Below, in pieces: positions 12,916 to 23,758 of a stretch of 64,000 nucleotides of DNA (positions are counted from its first letter, which is position 1; every line of letters starts with the position of its first letter). Below the pieces are notes generated by a model. That model had not been told where the DNA came from, did no database searches, and worked only from the letters and a program-made list of their open reading frames with translations. The stretch comes from Octopus sinensis (Eukaryota): assembly GCF_006345805.1 (NCBI RefSeq), contig NC_042999.1:7688001-7752000 (forward strand), in the 5' to 3' direction. The position numbers and the translations under genes are program-made.

Positions 12916-13563
12916 ATCTTGTGGAACATTTACAACAATTTATGCATCAAATGAGTCACTGGAAAACATAACATGTAGCAGACATAAAGCTTAATCGGGA
13001 CTGAGTTTTTGAGGGATTGGCTCCGTTGTTTGCACCATGTTTCGGTAAATATTATCTACATTGACTGATGTAAAGTGAAACAGAACTCACTGATAACGTG
13101 AGAATTTACAGAACTACATTTCTTTCCCTGGAAGATATGACCCATCCATACAAACCTCCCAAAGGTTATTTTTATTTCTCACTGCTTATCGAATAACGTT
13201 TACAAAATAACTAAAAATACGTCTCAATAATCCTTTGCAGCATCTTTATATTTATCGCAAAGAACAACTACGAATGATTCAGTTGGGAATGTGACAAGCT
13301 CCATACGTGATCCTAAGAAGAAAATGCGTTGACAATCGCATAACAGATTACCTGCTTTCATGACATTACATGTTACAGTTATAAACTGTAAAAGAAAGCA
13401 GAGAGAAAACAGGAGACAACTTATGTCTCATTTACCACTCCTGGACACCATCAAATGAAGGAGCGGGATATGATAATTTTTCTAAGAATTTCCATGTATA
13501 TGTACATATACAGATGTGTGTATGTGTGTGAAGGCGCACAAACACATATACATATGTGTTTGT

Positions 13564-13898
13564 GAAGGCGCATGGCTCAGTGGTTAGAGCGTCGAGCTTA
13601 CGATTGTGAGGTTGTGAGTTCGATTCCTGGACCGGGCTGAGTGTTGTGTTCTCAAGCAGGACAATTTATTTCATGTGCTCCAGTTAACTCAGCTGTAGAA
13701 ATGAGATGCGACATCACTGGTGCCAAACTGTATCGGCTCCTTTGCATTTCCCTTGGATAAATTCAGTGGTGTGGAGAAGGGAGGCTGGTATGCATGGGTG
13801 ACCGCTGGCCTTCCACAAACAACCTTGCTCGGACTCGTACCTCTGAGGGTAACTTTCTAGGTGCAATCCCATGGTCATTCATGACCGAAGGGGGTCTC
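13564..13898 (+). mobile_element. tRNA-derived CORE-like SINE family C
   Basis: A-box TGGCTCAGTGGTTAGAG, B-box GAGTTCGATTCC, then gtgttgtgttctcaagcaggacaatttatttc..ccagttaactcagctgtagaaatgag. Confidence 0.85.
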
Positions 13899-13904
13899 CT
13901 CCAG

Positions 13905-14320
13905 ATAATAAAAAACTTATGTACTAAAAAATGGGACAAGAACGTAAAACAGCCAGACAGATTATACAAAAAGGGACAAGAAACGACAAGGATAGATCAT
14001 TTGGAGCATTCTTTCGTCAGTCGAGTTCTAGATTGGATTTGCAGTTTCGGCAGGTTATACTCGAGACTGCTCCAATCTGGCCAGCCCCAAGGAAAACCTA
14101 AGCTAAGAGTATTAGATTCCTTGGAAGAAAGCAGCGAATGAATACGAAAACAAGGACGGGAAAAAACGGAGAAGTGTTACACAAATACAAATGCAAATAG
14201 CAGGGCACTAACAACAGGTGTCTTTCGACTAAGGACGAATTAAATTAAGCTGGCGTGTATGGAAGTGAAGCTTTACGGCAGGGACATAACAGATGACAGG
14301 CATGGGAAGGAATATAGATG
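13905..14320 (-). mobile_element. Element family P1, copy 2
   Basis: Homology to 785-1270 and 35045-35395. Confidence 0.7.
13999..14078 (-). ncRNA. Strand-shuffled hammerhead-like motif (P1 copy 2)
   Basis: Minus strand reads agauugga GCAGUC UCGAGU auaaccugcc GAAACUGC aaa uccaaucu aga ACUCGA CUGACGA. Perfect 6-bp stem I, 5-bp stem III plus an 8-bp extension. Confidence 0.62.
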
Positions 14321-14354
14321 TTGCACAGAGCGAGAGAGAGTGAGAGAGAGAGAG

Positions 14355-14640
14355 CCTAGTTGTTAGGGTGTTGCACTCACCATCGCTAGACCATGGTTCT
14401 GTATCCAGACCGAGTGTCGTGTTGTGTTCTTGAGCAAAATACTTCATTTCCCAGTTGTCCTAGTTCATTCTGCTTTAAATCGGTAACCCTCGACAGACAA
14501 GTTTTTTCCGTGCAGGAGTAATGTTGGCCATCTCACCTGGCGAGCTAGTTATCATTTGAAAGTTAAAGCTTTGCAAATCACATTGTAACCAGCGATGTAT
14601 AACAACATCCGATAGTCTGGTCGATCACGAAATCACGTGA
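14355..14640 (+). mobile_element. Degenerate CORE-like SINE with alternative tail
   Basis: gtgttgtgttcttgagcaaaatacttcatttc core; tail accagcgatgtataacaacatccgatagtctggtcg shared with 1437-1500. Confidence 0.6.
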
Positions 14641-14661
14641 CTCATATATATATATATATAT

Positions 14662-14970
14662 AAATCAAAGGTAGAATAGAAAGAACACAACAAATGGAAG
14701 CCAACAAACCACAACATGCGGAATAATGGGCGGCAGCACGACAAACAGCAGACGAGACAAAAACAAGATACAAAGATCATTCGCAGACGGCATCCTCATC
14801 AGTCGGAGTCCGGAAAGTCCTTGTAGTTTCACCCCCTTATCTTCGCTACTACTCGAATACCGCTGGTGCCAACCATATATGTACATATATATATATATAT
14901 ATTTATAAATATGGTGAGACAACAAAAAAAAGAAAGAGACCTCGATATTATGTAAATAGAGGAATTTATT
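14662..14970 (-). mobile_element. Non-coding Penelope-like-associated element next to (TA)n
   Basis: Begins at a (TA)n tract, contains a shuffled HHR core and is fused to the palindrome at 14971. Confidence 0.45.
14779..14852 (-). ncRNA. Strand-shuffled hammerhead-like motif, degenerate stem I
   Basis: Minus strand reads GUAGUA GCGAAG auaagggggu GAAACUAC ... ACUCCGA CUGAUGA GGAU gcc GUCU gc GAAU. Stem III is perfect; stem I has 4 of 6 pairs. Confidence 0.4.
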
Positions 14971-15006
14971 TGTAAATATAATATGTGACAATTATTCGGT
15001 AGCCAA

Positions 15007-15067
15007 GATAAAACTCCGAGTTTCAGATGTCGAGGTGGAAATCTATGCCACCATCTCTTCAGTTATC
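15007..15067 (-). ncRNA. Type I hammerhead ribozyme motif (left arm)
   Basis: GAUAA CUGAAGA GAUG..CAUC U GAAACU cgg AGUU UUAUC. Confidence 0.65.
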
Positions 15068-15318
15068 CGGCCATCGGAAAAATGCTATGAAAAATGACCG
15101 TTGTACAAAAGGCAATTACTGTGTGATTGACCGTTATTAAGACAAAAGAGCTATTTGAATGACCGCTAAGTAAGGGGAAGGAGATTTACCCCCTTACTTT
15201 TCCTCCCTCCCCTCACTTACTGGTCATTCTAATAGCTCTTTTGTCTTAATAACGGTCAATCACACAGTAATTTCCTTTTTTATAATGGTCATTTTTCATA
15301 GTATTTTTCCGATGGCGG

Positions 15319-15379
15319 GATAACTGAAGAGATGGCGGCGTGAATTTCCACCCCGACATCCGAAACTCGGAGTTTTATC
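15319..15379 (+). ncRNA. Type I hammerhead ribozyme motif (right arm)
   Basis: GAUAA CUGAAGA GAUG..CAUC C GAAACU cgg AGUU UUAUC. Stem I 5 bp, stem III 3 bp, GUU triplet, one extra nt before GAAA. Confidence 0.65.
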
Positions 15380-15412
15380 ATGGCTACCGAATAATTGTCA
15401 TTTTACATTTAC

Positions 15413-15503
<91 letters not shown>

Positions 15504-16057
15504 TGTGTATATGTATGTATCTGTGTGTGTAAACATATACACATATGTGAGTGTAGTTTGAAATAAAGTGTATATATATTTTAATACACGAACATCGGCA
15601 GTCAGGCGAGCGTGATCATCACCAACAGAATATTAACATGGAAACGACTAAGGCAATAACAACAGCAAAAGCGAAGACAGCAACAACAGCAACAACAACA
15701 GCAACAACAAAGACGAGGACGAACATAACAGAGCGACTTCGATAATTACAACAACAATAACACTGATAAATGAAAACAAAAGACTGCAATTCATTTTTTC
15801 CTTTGTAATTAACAAAATCAAATTTTAATTTTCTCATTTATTAAATTAAACGGAAAATTAATGACTAAAGCATCGCGAAGAAAAAAAAAAGAATTCCAAC
15901 TAAATGTAAAAACAAAACTTTATTAATGTTTCGTAATAGACTGGAATGTTTTAGAGAGCATGAAGAAAGAAACACGAAAGAGCGAGAAAGAAAATGAAAG
16001 ATGAGACAGGTTACGAAAATACAAGTGGAGGCGAAATTGGAAGCTTGCATATATATA

Positions 16058-16565
16058 TCTTTATATATAAAAGAGAGGTTGTGTGTCTGTCTCCTACGAT
16101 TTAGATTCCTAACTACTCCCACATTTTGTGGTACAGTTTAACCAAAACCGGGTATCTTATAGTCGTGATTCATATCGAGCCCTTCTGGGTATTAGCGCGC
16201 GTCTACGATGAGTCTACGATTTTAAAAATAATTTAACATCATTTTTTATTCCATTTTAATGCATAATTTTTCGTGTGTCGATGGCGGCGGAGTTGGCGTC
16301 CACGCTCACACCTGCACCTGTTTGCTTCTCCCCCTTCTTCGCTCCTCGTGAAGCTGTGGGGAAGGGAGTGTAAGGAAATCAACGTCGTAAAGCGTTGTCA
16401 AGGAGACTAGCGTTCTTTTAGAACAACGACTTCATTGCTTGAAGACACCAAAACAGAAATGGCTAAGAAAGCCCGAATTGGCATCTATGAGGGAAGTAAC
16501 TCTCTAAAAATGCTTATATAGTTATTTCCATTACAAACCCGAGCAACGCCGGGCGATACTGCTAG
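16058..16565 (+). mobile_element. Non-autonomous Helitron (long variant)
   Basis: A|TCTTTATATATAAAA...CCCGAGCAACGCCGGG hairpin, CGATACTG CTAG. Confidence 0.9.
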
Positions 16566-17326
16566 TCTTTATATATAAAAGTGAGGTTGTGTGCTGTCTG
16601 TCTCCTATGATTTAGATTCCTAACTACTCCCACATTTTGCGGTGCAGTTTAACCAAAACCGGGTATCTTATAGTCGTGATTCATATCGAGGCCTTCTGGG
16701 TATTAGCGCGCGTCTACGATGAGTCTACGATTTAAAAAAAAAATTACCATCAATCGTCCAAACCATGCTAGCATGGATAGCAGACGTTAAACGATGATGA
16801 TGATGATGATGATGATGATATCTTTATATATAAAAGTGAGGTTGTGTGCTGTTTGTCTCCTACGATTTAGAATCCTAACTACTCCCACATTTTGCGGTGC
16901 AGCTTAACCAAAACCGGGTATCTTATAGTCGTGATTCATATCGAGCCCTTCTGGGTATTAGCGCGCGTCTACGATGAGTCTACGATTTAAAAAAAAATTA
17001 CCATCAATCGTCCAAACCATGCTAGCATGGATAGCAGACGTTAAACGATGATGATGATGATGATGATGATGATATCTTTATATATAAAAGAGAGGTTGTG
17101 TGCTGTCTGTCTCCTACGATTTAGAATCCTAGCTACTCCCACATTTTGTGGTGCAGCTTAACCAAAACCGGGTATCTTATAGTCGTGATTCATATCGAGC
17201 CCTTCTGGGTATTAGCGCGCGTCTACGATGAGTCTACGATTTAAAAAAAAATTACCATCAATCGTTTCAAACCATGCTAGCATGGATAGCAGACGTTAAA
17301 CGATGATGATGATGATGATGATGATA
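16566..17326 (+). repeat. Three tandem ~254-bp units: Helitron 5' end fused to a SINE 3' tail and (GAT)n
   Basis: TC starts at 16566, 16821 and 17075; each unit ends ccatgctagcatggatagcagacgttaaacg(atg)n, like 22225-22282. Confidence 0.92.
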
Positions 17327-17722
17327 TCTTTATATATAAAAGAGAGGTTGTGTGCTGTCTGTCTCCTACGATTTAGATCCCTAATTACTCCCACATTTTG
17401 CGGTGCAGTTTAACCAAAACCGGGTATCTTATAGTCGTGGTTCCTATCGAGCCCTTCTGGGTATTAGCGCGCGTCTACGATGAGTCTACGATTTAAAAAA
17501 AAATTTACCATCAATTTTTCTGATTTTTAATGCATTTTGGCATATATAAGGGAAGTAACTCTCTAAAAATTTATTATTAAATCTCAGAACGTAAAAACCT
17601 ACAGTAACACCCCCCCCTTTGTGGTTAGCCATATTGAGATGGCTATTATACTTTACATCTCTAAAAATGCTTATATAGTTATTTCCCTTACAAACCCGAG
17701 CAACGCCGGGCAATACTGCTAG
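17327..17722 (+). mobile_element. Non-autonomous Helitron (complete, 396 bp)
   Basis: A|TC start, hairpin CCCGAGCAACGCCGGG, CTAG|T end; same family as 45933-46331. Confidence 0.92.
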
Positions 17723-18389
17723 TATATATATATATATGCACACACACGCACAAGTATATATTTATGAATATGCCCATGCATGCAATATAAACACATATAG
17801 ATTTACACACTTGCACATATAGCTATGAATATTGGCGTTTAAATATCTGCTTCGAGTTCCACCATTAAAAAACATTTATTTCATGTCTCGCGAAGCTTCT
17901 AAGTTCTTGTGTGCGTGTGTGTGTATGTGTGTGTGTGAGCGTGCGCTTGCATGTGTGTGTAAGGTGTATATGTATGTGTGTGTGTGTGTGTGTGTATGCA
18001 TATATATATATATATCGTCAGTGGATTATATATCCGAAAAAGAAGCACACTCTAAATTATAAAGCAGTAATGTATTTAGATGCAGTTAAATATATGCAGG
18101 GGTCATGAAGTGACCAATAGGTCCGCATCCATAAAGCCTTTTGATTCATAGGTGACTTGTCAGATTGTAATGGCGGCAGGCATATAACCTCTCTTCAAAC
18201 TGGAGGTAGAAAACTGTTCCGGTCAGTTAATTTGTAAATAAAGAATAATAAACTCTGTTTGAACTTTAAAAACAGGACGAGTTATTTCCCTTAACCGGTC
18301 CGTTTGGCAAATCTGATGAACCTAAAGAGCAAACATAGCATCTTCACCTTTTGTCTGTTTCGAGCTCTAATCGATGAACGGAGGACCTC

Positions 18390-18915
18390 ATACCTGCATC
18401 AAGTACCGTTTGAAATGGGGCAGGGACCAAAGCTTTCATGTCTTGAGTTTAAGAGAGATTCGGATCCAGCGAGTCATTAAGAATCTTTGTACGCTCTGCT
18501 ATGCAAAGCTTGCATCGTCTGCTCCCGTTTATATACGACCCCAGCTGCTCTATGATCCTCCATAGGGTTTTTTTTTTTATAGGGTTTCTTCATCCTTAAG
18601 GCACCACGTGTGGCTGGCAAGGGAAGTAACGTAACGTCTTTCCGGAACCATATAAGAGGAATTGTTATTGTACAGGTGCCACTTAAAAGTCAGTCCCGCC
18701 GAACCCGATATATCTCCGAACTTGAGTACTGGTTGTATTCTCACCTCTGGTGTATCGTTTGTTGGCTCCACGCCTGGAGTTGTTGCCATTGCTGTTGTTG
18801 GAGCTGTTATCGGTGTTGTTATTATGCGGCGTGGGTCTGGTGATATCGCTGTGGTTATTGCCGTTGTAATATTCATCCCCGGCTGTAGTGCTGTTGTTGA
18901 AATAGGTGTGCAAAT
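18390..18915 (-). pseudogene. Penelope-like element GIY-YIG endonuclease relic (frameshifted)
   Basis: Across frames TTSTQVRRYIG / SAGLTFKWHLYNNNSSY..RYVTSLASHTWCLKDE / WRIIEQLGSYINGSRRCKLCIAERTKIL matches the YIG..FK.R..NH..S..T.L..W.LK..W.I...Y...C.LC..E pattern of Penelope-like element (PLE) endonucleases. Confidence 0.8.
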
Positions 18916-19089
18916 CTGTATATATCTGTAGACTTCATATCAAAAATATTAATACGAGAAAACGGAATAGGCTTTATTACATATCACTACAATTGTTTCA
19001 TCACATTACTATCAGCTGTTCGTTGCTGAAAGTTACATGTACTTGAAACAGTAATACATTAATTAATATCACTCAGCAATAGTGGCATG

Positions 19090-19270
19090 TGTGTCGCTTT
19101 GTGGGAATTGAGTAAAAAGCTTTTGTTAGATTTATATTTTGATCCTTCTCTTGTTTCACTTGATCCTTGGCATCTCTTTGTGAATTTGTTTCATTTATTA
19201 CTAACCTTTTGAAATGCATCAAACTGAACATTTTATTTTGTTGAGAGAGAACCTCGTAGCTAAACTTCAA
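19090..19270 (-). pseudogene. Possible non-LTR RT fragment
   Basis: AKDQ....INLTKAFYSIP resembles the RT motif DQ...DL.KAFDS.P. Confidence 0.35.
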
Positions 19271-19330
19271 GGCCAGTTTGTGTTTATTGTAAACCTACAC
19301 ATATATTTATTTACACCTTAACACGTAACT

Positions 19331-19754
19331 TGTACGCGAGGATGCCCGTTGCAGTAAAGCGAGATTTTAATTAATTATAATCAGACATTTTGTGATTATG
19401 ATTGTTGATTCGGGTCTCTCTTTACTATACAACACTAAAGATAATTACAGTCAAGTTATCTTTACTTTGTCTTTTGTTTAGAGATTATTTTTTAAGTGTT
19501 GTGGGGAGAGTTACAGACAACCCCGTGGGATTGGAAGAATGGACAAGCCGAACTCTTATAAAGACTAGTGAATTGGTTGGAACGAGAGGAGACATAGGAG
19601 TCGTTGAGAGTTCGTGCGAGTCGTAGGGAGTCGTTGAGATCGTTGAGAGCTTGTATTTCATGTAGTACCGTGTTTAGTGGAGTGGTTTGAAGTACATCGT
19701 GTGAAGACAGTTGTGTCTATCCCCGTTTCGTGAAATCTGTATATCCAACGTACA
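19331..19754 (+). mobile_element. Possible solo LTR
   Basis: TGTACG...CGTACA ends, TATAAAGA at ~19558, short internal repeats ggagtcgttgaga; no TSD found. Confidence 0.25.
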
Positions 19755-19821
19755 AGAAGTATATAAAATTAAGGTAATAGATTGTGATACGAGACCTATT
19801 CGCCTATTATTGCTTCGAGCA

Positions 19822-20010
19822 AAGGCGGCGAGCTGGCAACATCGTTAGCATGGCGGAAGGAAAAATGCTTAGAAGCATTTCGTTCTGGGTTCAAATTCTG
19901 CCGAGATCCACTTTGCTTTTCATCCTCTCGAAGTCGATAAAATAAGTATCAGTTGAACACAGGAGTCGATATAATCGACTTATGTCCTTCCCCGAAACTT
20001 CTGTCAAAAT
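19822..20010 (+). mobile_element. Diverged SINE family A
   Basis: aaggcggcgagctggc head, ttgcttttcatcctctcgaagtcgataaaataagtatcag core. Confidence 0.75.
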
Positions 20011-20684
20011 TTGAAGTAACTATTATCAACATCATCATCATCATCATCATTATTATCATTACTATTATTATCATTATTGAGTAACAGCAGCGCATGAAAT
20101 CAAAGTGAAACTAGTGTAAAATATGCGAAGCCCAGTATACTCATTATGACTACCTGTCTGTTAAGGGTACACCAGGTACATGCATCACAGCCATATGTGC
20201 GCGACATCGTGATCTTCTATAAAGATAAACAGCGCATGACCATACAGGTGAGGCCCAGTTAGAATTGTCTTCAGGCCGAGTAGCCCATCCCGTTAAAAAT
20301 GTCCTTGAATAAGGGTTATGAATAACCTTAAGTAAGGGAATGTGAGCGAAACTGCCATGTTCCCAGATGTGAATTATTCAAACCCCAAAGAATTCCTCTC
20401 AACACATGGCTATGATGCTCCCCCACTACTTCTGCTCGTGATCAGAGATGCACATATCATCAGCCACTAAGGGACATGCTCAACTGGTTAAGGTCAAACA
20501 ACTGACAAGCAAATCTGTGGTATTGAGCGGAATATTTGCTGTAGCCCATCTTTTATACCAAGACAAAACAATGTATATGATAACACTTCCAATCAGTTAA
20601 GATCATTAGCCATGAGAGCCACCACTTAGTACTGCATCAGGGCATCATCATCCTCCTCTTTCTCATCATCATTAAGACGCTGAG

Positions 20685-20895
20685 CTGCCAGAAACGATAG
20701 CAAACCGAACAAATTTTTCAACGATATTTCATTTAATGTTTACGTTCTGAATTCAAACTCCGCTGAGGCAGATTTTTCGTTCCATCCTTTCTGGGTTGGT
20801 AAAATAAGTAGCAGTCAAGGACAGGGTCCAATGCAAAGGAATAACCCCTTTTCCCACACATTTCATACGTTGCACCTAGAGTAGAAAGGATTATC
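20685..20895 (-). mobile_element. Diverged SINE family A
   Basis: Degenerate head, B-box (gagtttgaattc) and core on the minus strand. Confidence 0.6.
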
Positions 20896-21505
20896 ATTAA
20901 TATAATTGTCCTCATTTTGTTCCTGCTTGTTTCCATTTAAGATTCTTTGAATTCTTTTCGACTTGTATTCTCGCGATATTTTGATCAGAAGAGATTAACA
21001 TTGTCAGAAGAAAGATATCTTTCCTTCTTCGTTCTTCTCTTCGATTATCAATATTTGAACGCGTTTCTTTAATGTCCTTGTAAGTCTGGAGTAGAGATCT
21101 CGGATGATCGATCCCCGATATCGTCTTCTTTCGGCTTTAGTACATGCTTCTACAAATTCTTTTCACTTATCATACCTTATTGTCAATATATTTGACCAAA
21201 TAGTTAATCTTTCTCCCGTGTCATTTTGGTCGATATAGTCTGTCTTTGCGACAATTTAACAGTCGTGAAGAACGGATTCTGTCGTTTTTCTGGGCTAATC
21301 ACACAAACGGTGATTGACGTTTCACAATTTTTTGTTTTGTAATTTTGTGATTAGAATTTGATCGTCAGAACTTCGGCTTAACCCTAACCCTGTATCTAGC
21401 CCGCGACCTTCATCAGGTTTACGGAGCTCAGAACCGACCCAGGAAAGGATAAATTTCTGGACTTGTTCGACAACAAATATTTCTATGGCCGGCATTTTAA
21501 CTTAC

Positions 21506-21784
21506 GTCTGCCCCGATAATCGGCGGTGACTTGGTCAGCGATTCCTCTGAGACGGTCGACATTCGACTGTAAAATGCGCTGCTACGGATCACACTATCCT
21601 AAAGTATATATGTTACCAGGGACCACATGTGAATTTGTGTTCCTACCGACACTCCGAACATGACCTCTACACCTCAACAACGAATGCCGACTACGGCTAC
21701 GGCATCTGCGCTATTCGATGCAATCGTTCACCCCGTGAGGCATCCTCGACTGCGGACGTCCGTCGGATGGTATCAGTATTTATA
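21506..21784 (-). promoter_or_regulatory. Candidate TATA promoter and first exon (possibly the 5' end of a Penelope-like element)
   Basis: TATAAATA at 21784-21777, GCAGT initiator-like site ~33 nt downstream, GTAAGT donor at 21505-21500, in a locally GC/CpG-rich island. Confidence 0.3.
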
Positions 21785-21866
21785 AGGAATGTGATGAACT
21801 CGTTGGTTGGAGCCGGCTTTGCCCACCACCAGTCAATGCCACTGTAAGTACAAGTATACTGTAGAC

Positions 21867-22251
21867 CAGTGGTTCTCACCCAGGGTACATATGGCTCTTG
21901 GGAGTCAATAAAAGATTCTGTTGTTAAAGTTAGTCTGTACTAAATTAGTTATACACAAAGTATATTAACAATTTGCTTTTTACCTTGTGACCGATTCCAG
22001 TATCCCCTGACTGGCTCCTGTGCCAGTGGCACGTAAAAAGCACCATCCGAACATGATCGTTGTCAGGCCCACTTTACTGGCTTCTGTGCCGGTGGTATGT
22101 AAAAAGCACCCACTACACTTACAGAGTGGTTGGCGTTAGGAAGGGCATCCAGCTGTAGAAATAATGTCAGATTGGAGCCTGGTGCAGCCGCTGCTCTCCA
22201 GACCTCAGTCAAACCGTCCAACCCCACCAGCATGGAAAACGGACATTAAAC

Positions 22252-22284
<33 letters not shown>

Positions 22285-22391
22285 AAGTATGATAATAACC
22301 TAGTTTTTTAATATTGAATGCCTAGGAGGTTACATCTGCGTAAAATGGGAATCGTAGGTGTCCATAGGTGAAAAATGGTTGAGAACCACTG
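21867..22391. mobile_element. hAT (Charlie-like) MITE interrupted by a SINE
   Basis: TIRs CAGTGGTTCTCA / TGAGAACCACTG; 8-bp TSD ctgtagac / ctgtacac. Confidence 0.85.
21990..22282 (+). mobile_element. 5'-truncated SINE with (GAT)n tail
   Basis: ggcgttaggaagggcatccagctgtagaaa (Nin/Deu-domain-like, from memory) and tail cagcatggaaaacggacattaaac(gat)n. Confidence 0.7.
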
Positions 22392-22526
22392 CTGTACACG
22401 AAGCCATTTTGAAAATCATAGAATAGAGATGAAACGGGTGTTGTCGGGTGGGTGACAGTTTCCTCAAATACACAGCGAGCCACTCAACTCACCTTCTCAC
22501 TGTTCCTTGCCATGGTGTTGAGAATA

Positions 22527-22955
22527 TATTTCTTTACTGTCCACAAGGGGCTAAACATATAGGGGACAAACAAAGACAGACTAAGGGATTAAGTCGATTA
22601 CATCGACATCCCTCCTCCCCAGGAGGAAATTGGTACTTAATTTATCGGCCCCGAAAGGATGAAAGGCAAAGTCGACCTCGGCGGAATTTGAACTCAGAAC
22701 GTAACGACAGACGAAATACATATTTCTTTACTACCCACAAGGGGCTAAACACAGAGGGGACAAACAAGGACAGACAAAGGGATTAAGTCGATTACATCGA
22801 CCCCACTCAGGGTGAAACTGGTACTTCATTTATCGGCCCCGAAAGGATGAAAGGCAAAGTCGACCTCGGCGGAATTTGAACTCAGAACGTCATGGCAGAC
22901 GAAACACCGCGAAGCATTTCGCCCAGCGTGCAAAACGATTCTGGCAGCTCGCCGC
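22527..22955 (-). mobile_element. SINE family A, two units
   Basis: One head, two core and tail units. Confidence 0.9.
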
Positions 22956-23375
22956 AAAAAATCAATGTCTAATTTTTCACTTTGACAACCCCCCCCCCCC
23001 CCGTGAAATTTTGCATCTCTCTCTCTCCTCTGTTGCTTTTTTTTATCCTCCTTTCTCCATTTCATCCTTATTCACTTCGTGTTTTCAGTCTTCCTGCTCG
23101 TTCTTTTATTCTCTGTCCTTGAATGTTGTTTGATTTTCTCATTATTTCTATCAATGCACTTATTCGCAGCATCTCTTGTTTAGCTGTGTGTTTGTCCATC
23201 TGTGTGGACGTATACTGTCGCTTCCTTGCAGCGGGATGCTAGCCTGGTGATGTGTGTATGTACGTGTTTCCGTTGATACAATCACCACTACGGCTTTGTG
23301 TGTGTGTGTGTGTGTTCGTAGCGTTCTTTCTTAGCTGTAATCGATATTTCACCGACGTCACTTTCTATTTTTATG

Positions 23376-23758
23376 TGGAAGCACTCCGTCGGTTACGACG
23401 ACGAGGGTTCCGGTTGATCCGATCAACGGAACAGCCTGCTCGCGAAATTAACGTGTAAGTGGCTGAGCACTCCACAGACACGTGTACCCTTAACGTAGTT
23501 CTCGGGGATATTCAGCGTGACACAGAGGGTGACAAGGCCGGCCCTTTGAAGTACAGGTACAACAGAAACAGGAAGTAAGAGTGAGAGAAAGTTGTGGTGA
23601 AAGAGTACAGCAGGGATCACCACCATCCCTGCCGGAGCCTCGTGGAGCTTTTAGGTGTTTTCGCTCAATAAACACTCACAACGCCCGGTCTGGGAATCGA
23701 AACCGCGATCCTATGACCGCGAGTCCGCTGCCCTAACCACTGGGCCATTACGCCTCCA
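23376..23758 (-). mobile_element. tRNA-derived SINE family B, full length
   Basis: Head GGAGGCGTAATGGCCCAGTGGTTAGGGC..GGTTTCGATTCCC; tail gtcgtaaccgacggagtgcttcca; near-identical to 37666 and 49180. Confidence 0.92.

Larger units (their letters stand above)
14971..15412. mobile_element. Foldback (palindromic) element, ~200-bp arms
   Basis: 14986 tgacaattattcggtagcca pairs with tggctaccgaataattgtca ending at 15400; arms meet near 15170-15212. Confidence 0.9.

Noticed and set aside
16566-17326. CRISPR-like array
   Set aside because: Whole units are near-identical with no unique spacers, and the sequence is eukaryotic.
18100-18460. Apparent mini-gene on the minus strand (TATA-like site, ATG, GT/AG introns)
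   Set aside because: The TATA-like site is the YING codons of the GIY-YIG relic, and the spliced product is short with no recognisable domain.
18577-18876. 99-aa T/P-rich ORF as a mucin-like host exon
   Set aside because: Its 3' part and the downstream frames reconstruct a Penelope GIY-YIG domain; no partner exons were found.
21379-21391. Telomere-like TTAGGG x2
   Set aside because: Two units are expected by chance.
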